Shown: positions 63,901-64,000 of the stretch, in pieces
How the letters are laid out: each line of letters starts with the position of its first letter
Numbering within the stretch: the first letter of the stretch is position 1
Source of the DNA: Ginglymostoma cirratum
Lineage: Eukaryota
Reading direction: 5' to 3'
Assembly: GCA_024137785.1 (NCBI GenBank)
Contig: JAHRHZ010000068.1
Span: 1,173,609-1,237,608 of the forward strand
Length of the DNA stretch: 64,000 nucleotides
Program-made: the position numbers and the translations under genes
Notes under the pieces: generated by a model
What the model was told of the DNA's origin: nothing
Databases searched by the model: none
What the model saw: the letters and a program-made list of their open reading frames with translations, nothing else

Positions 63901-64000
63901 TTCAGAAGTTTAACACTTTGTTTCAATAAATGCATAGAAATAGACTCAATGATTAAATACTTGGCTAGTTTTTGAGGAAATAAAAGCTGAACAATTTAAT

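Overview
Vertebrate non-coding DNA, most likely from a cartilaginous fish (shark-type repeats recognised from memory: HE1/V-SINE, DeuSINE, CR1/HER1-like LINEs; no database search was run). Positions ~1-49,850 are mostly decayed mobile elements: CR1, L2 and RTE LINE fragments, several tRNA-derived SINE families, and a cluster of PIF/Harbinger relics (transposase plus Myb/SANT partner). The only recognisable full-length host-type ORF is an isolated, divergent histone H2B (39760-40140), probably a pseudogene. From ~49,850 to the end no transposon is recognisable. A CpG-rich domain (~54.2-60.7 kb) there contains a promoter and candidate non-coding 5' exons of an unidentified + strand gene. The most notable unexplained signal is a family of nine short (~90-200 bp), often fold-back elements. 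Most carry a hammerhead-ribozyme-like core (CUGANGA-A-stem II-GAAACGUY), and eight sit between 12-15 bp direct repeats, which suggests Penelope-type, ribozyme-bearing non-autonomous retroelements. Repeat boundaries are approximate.
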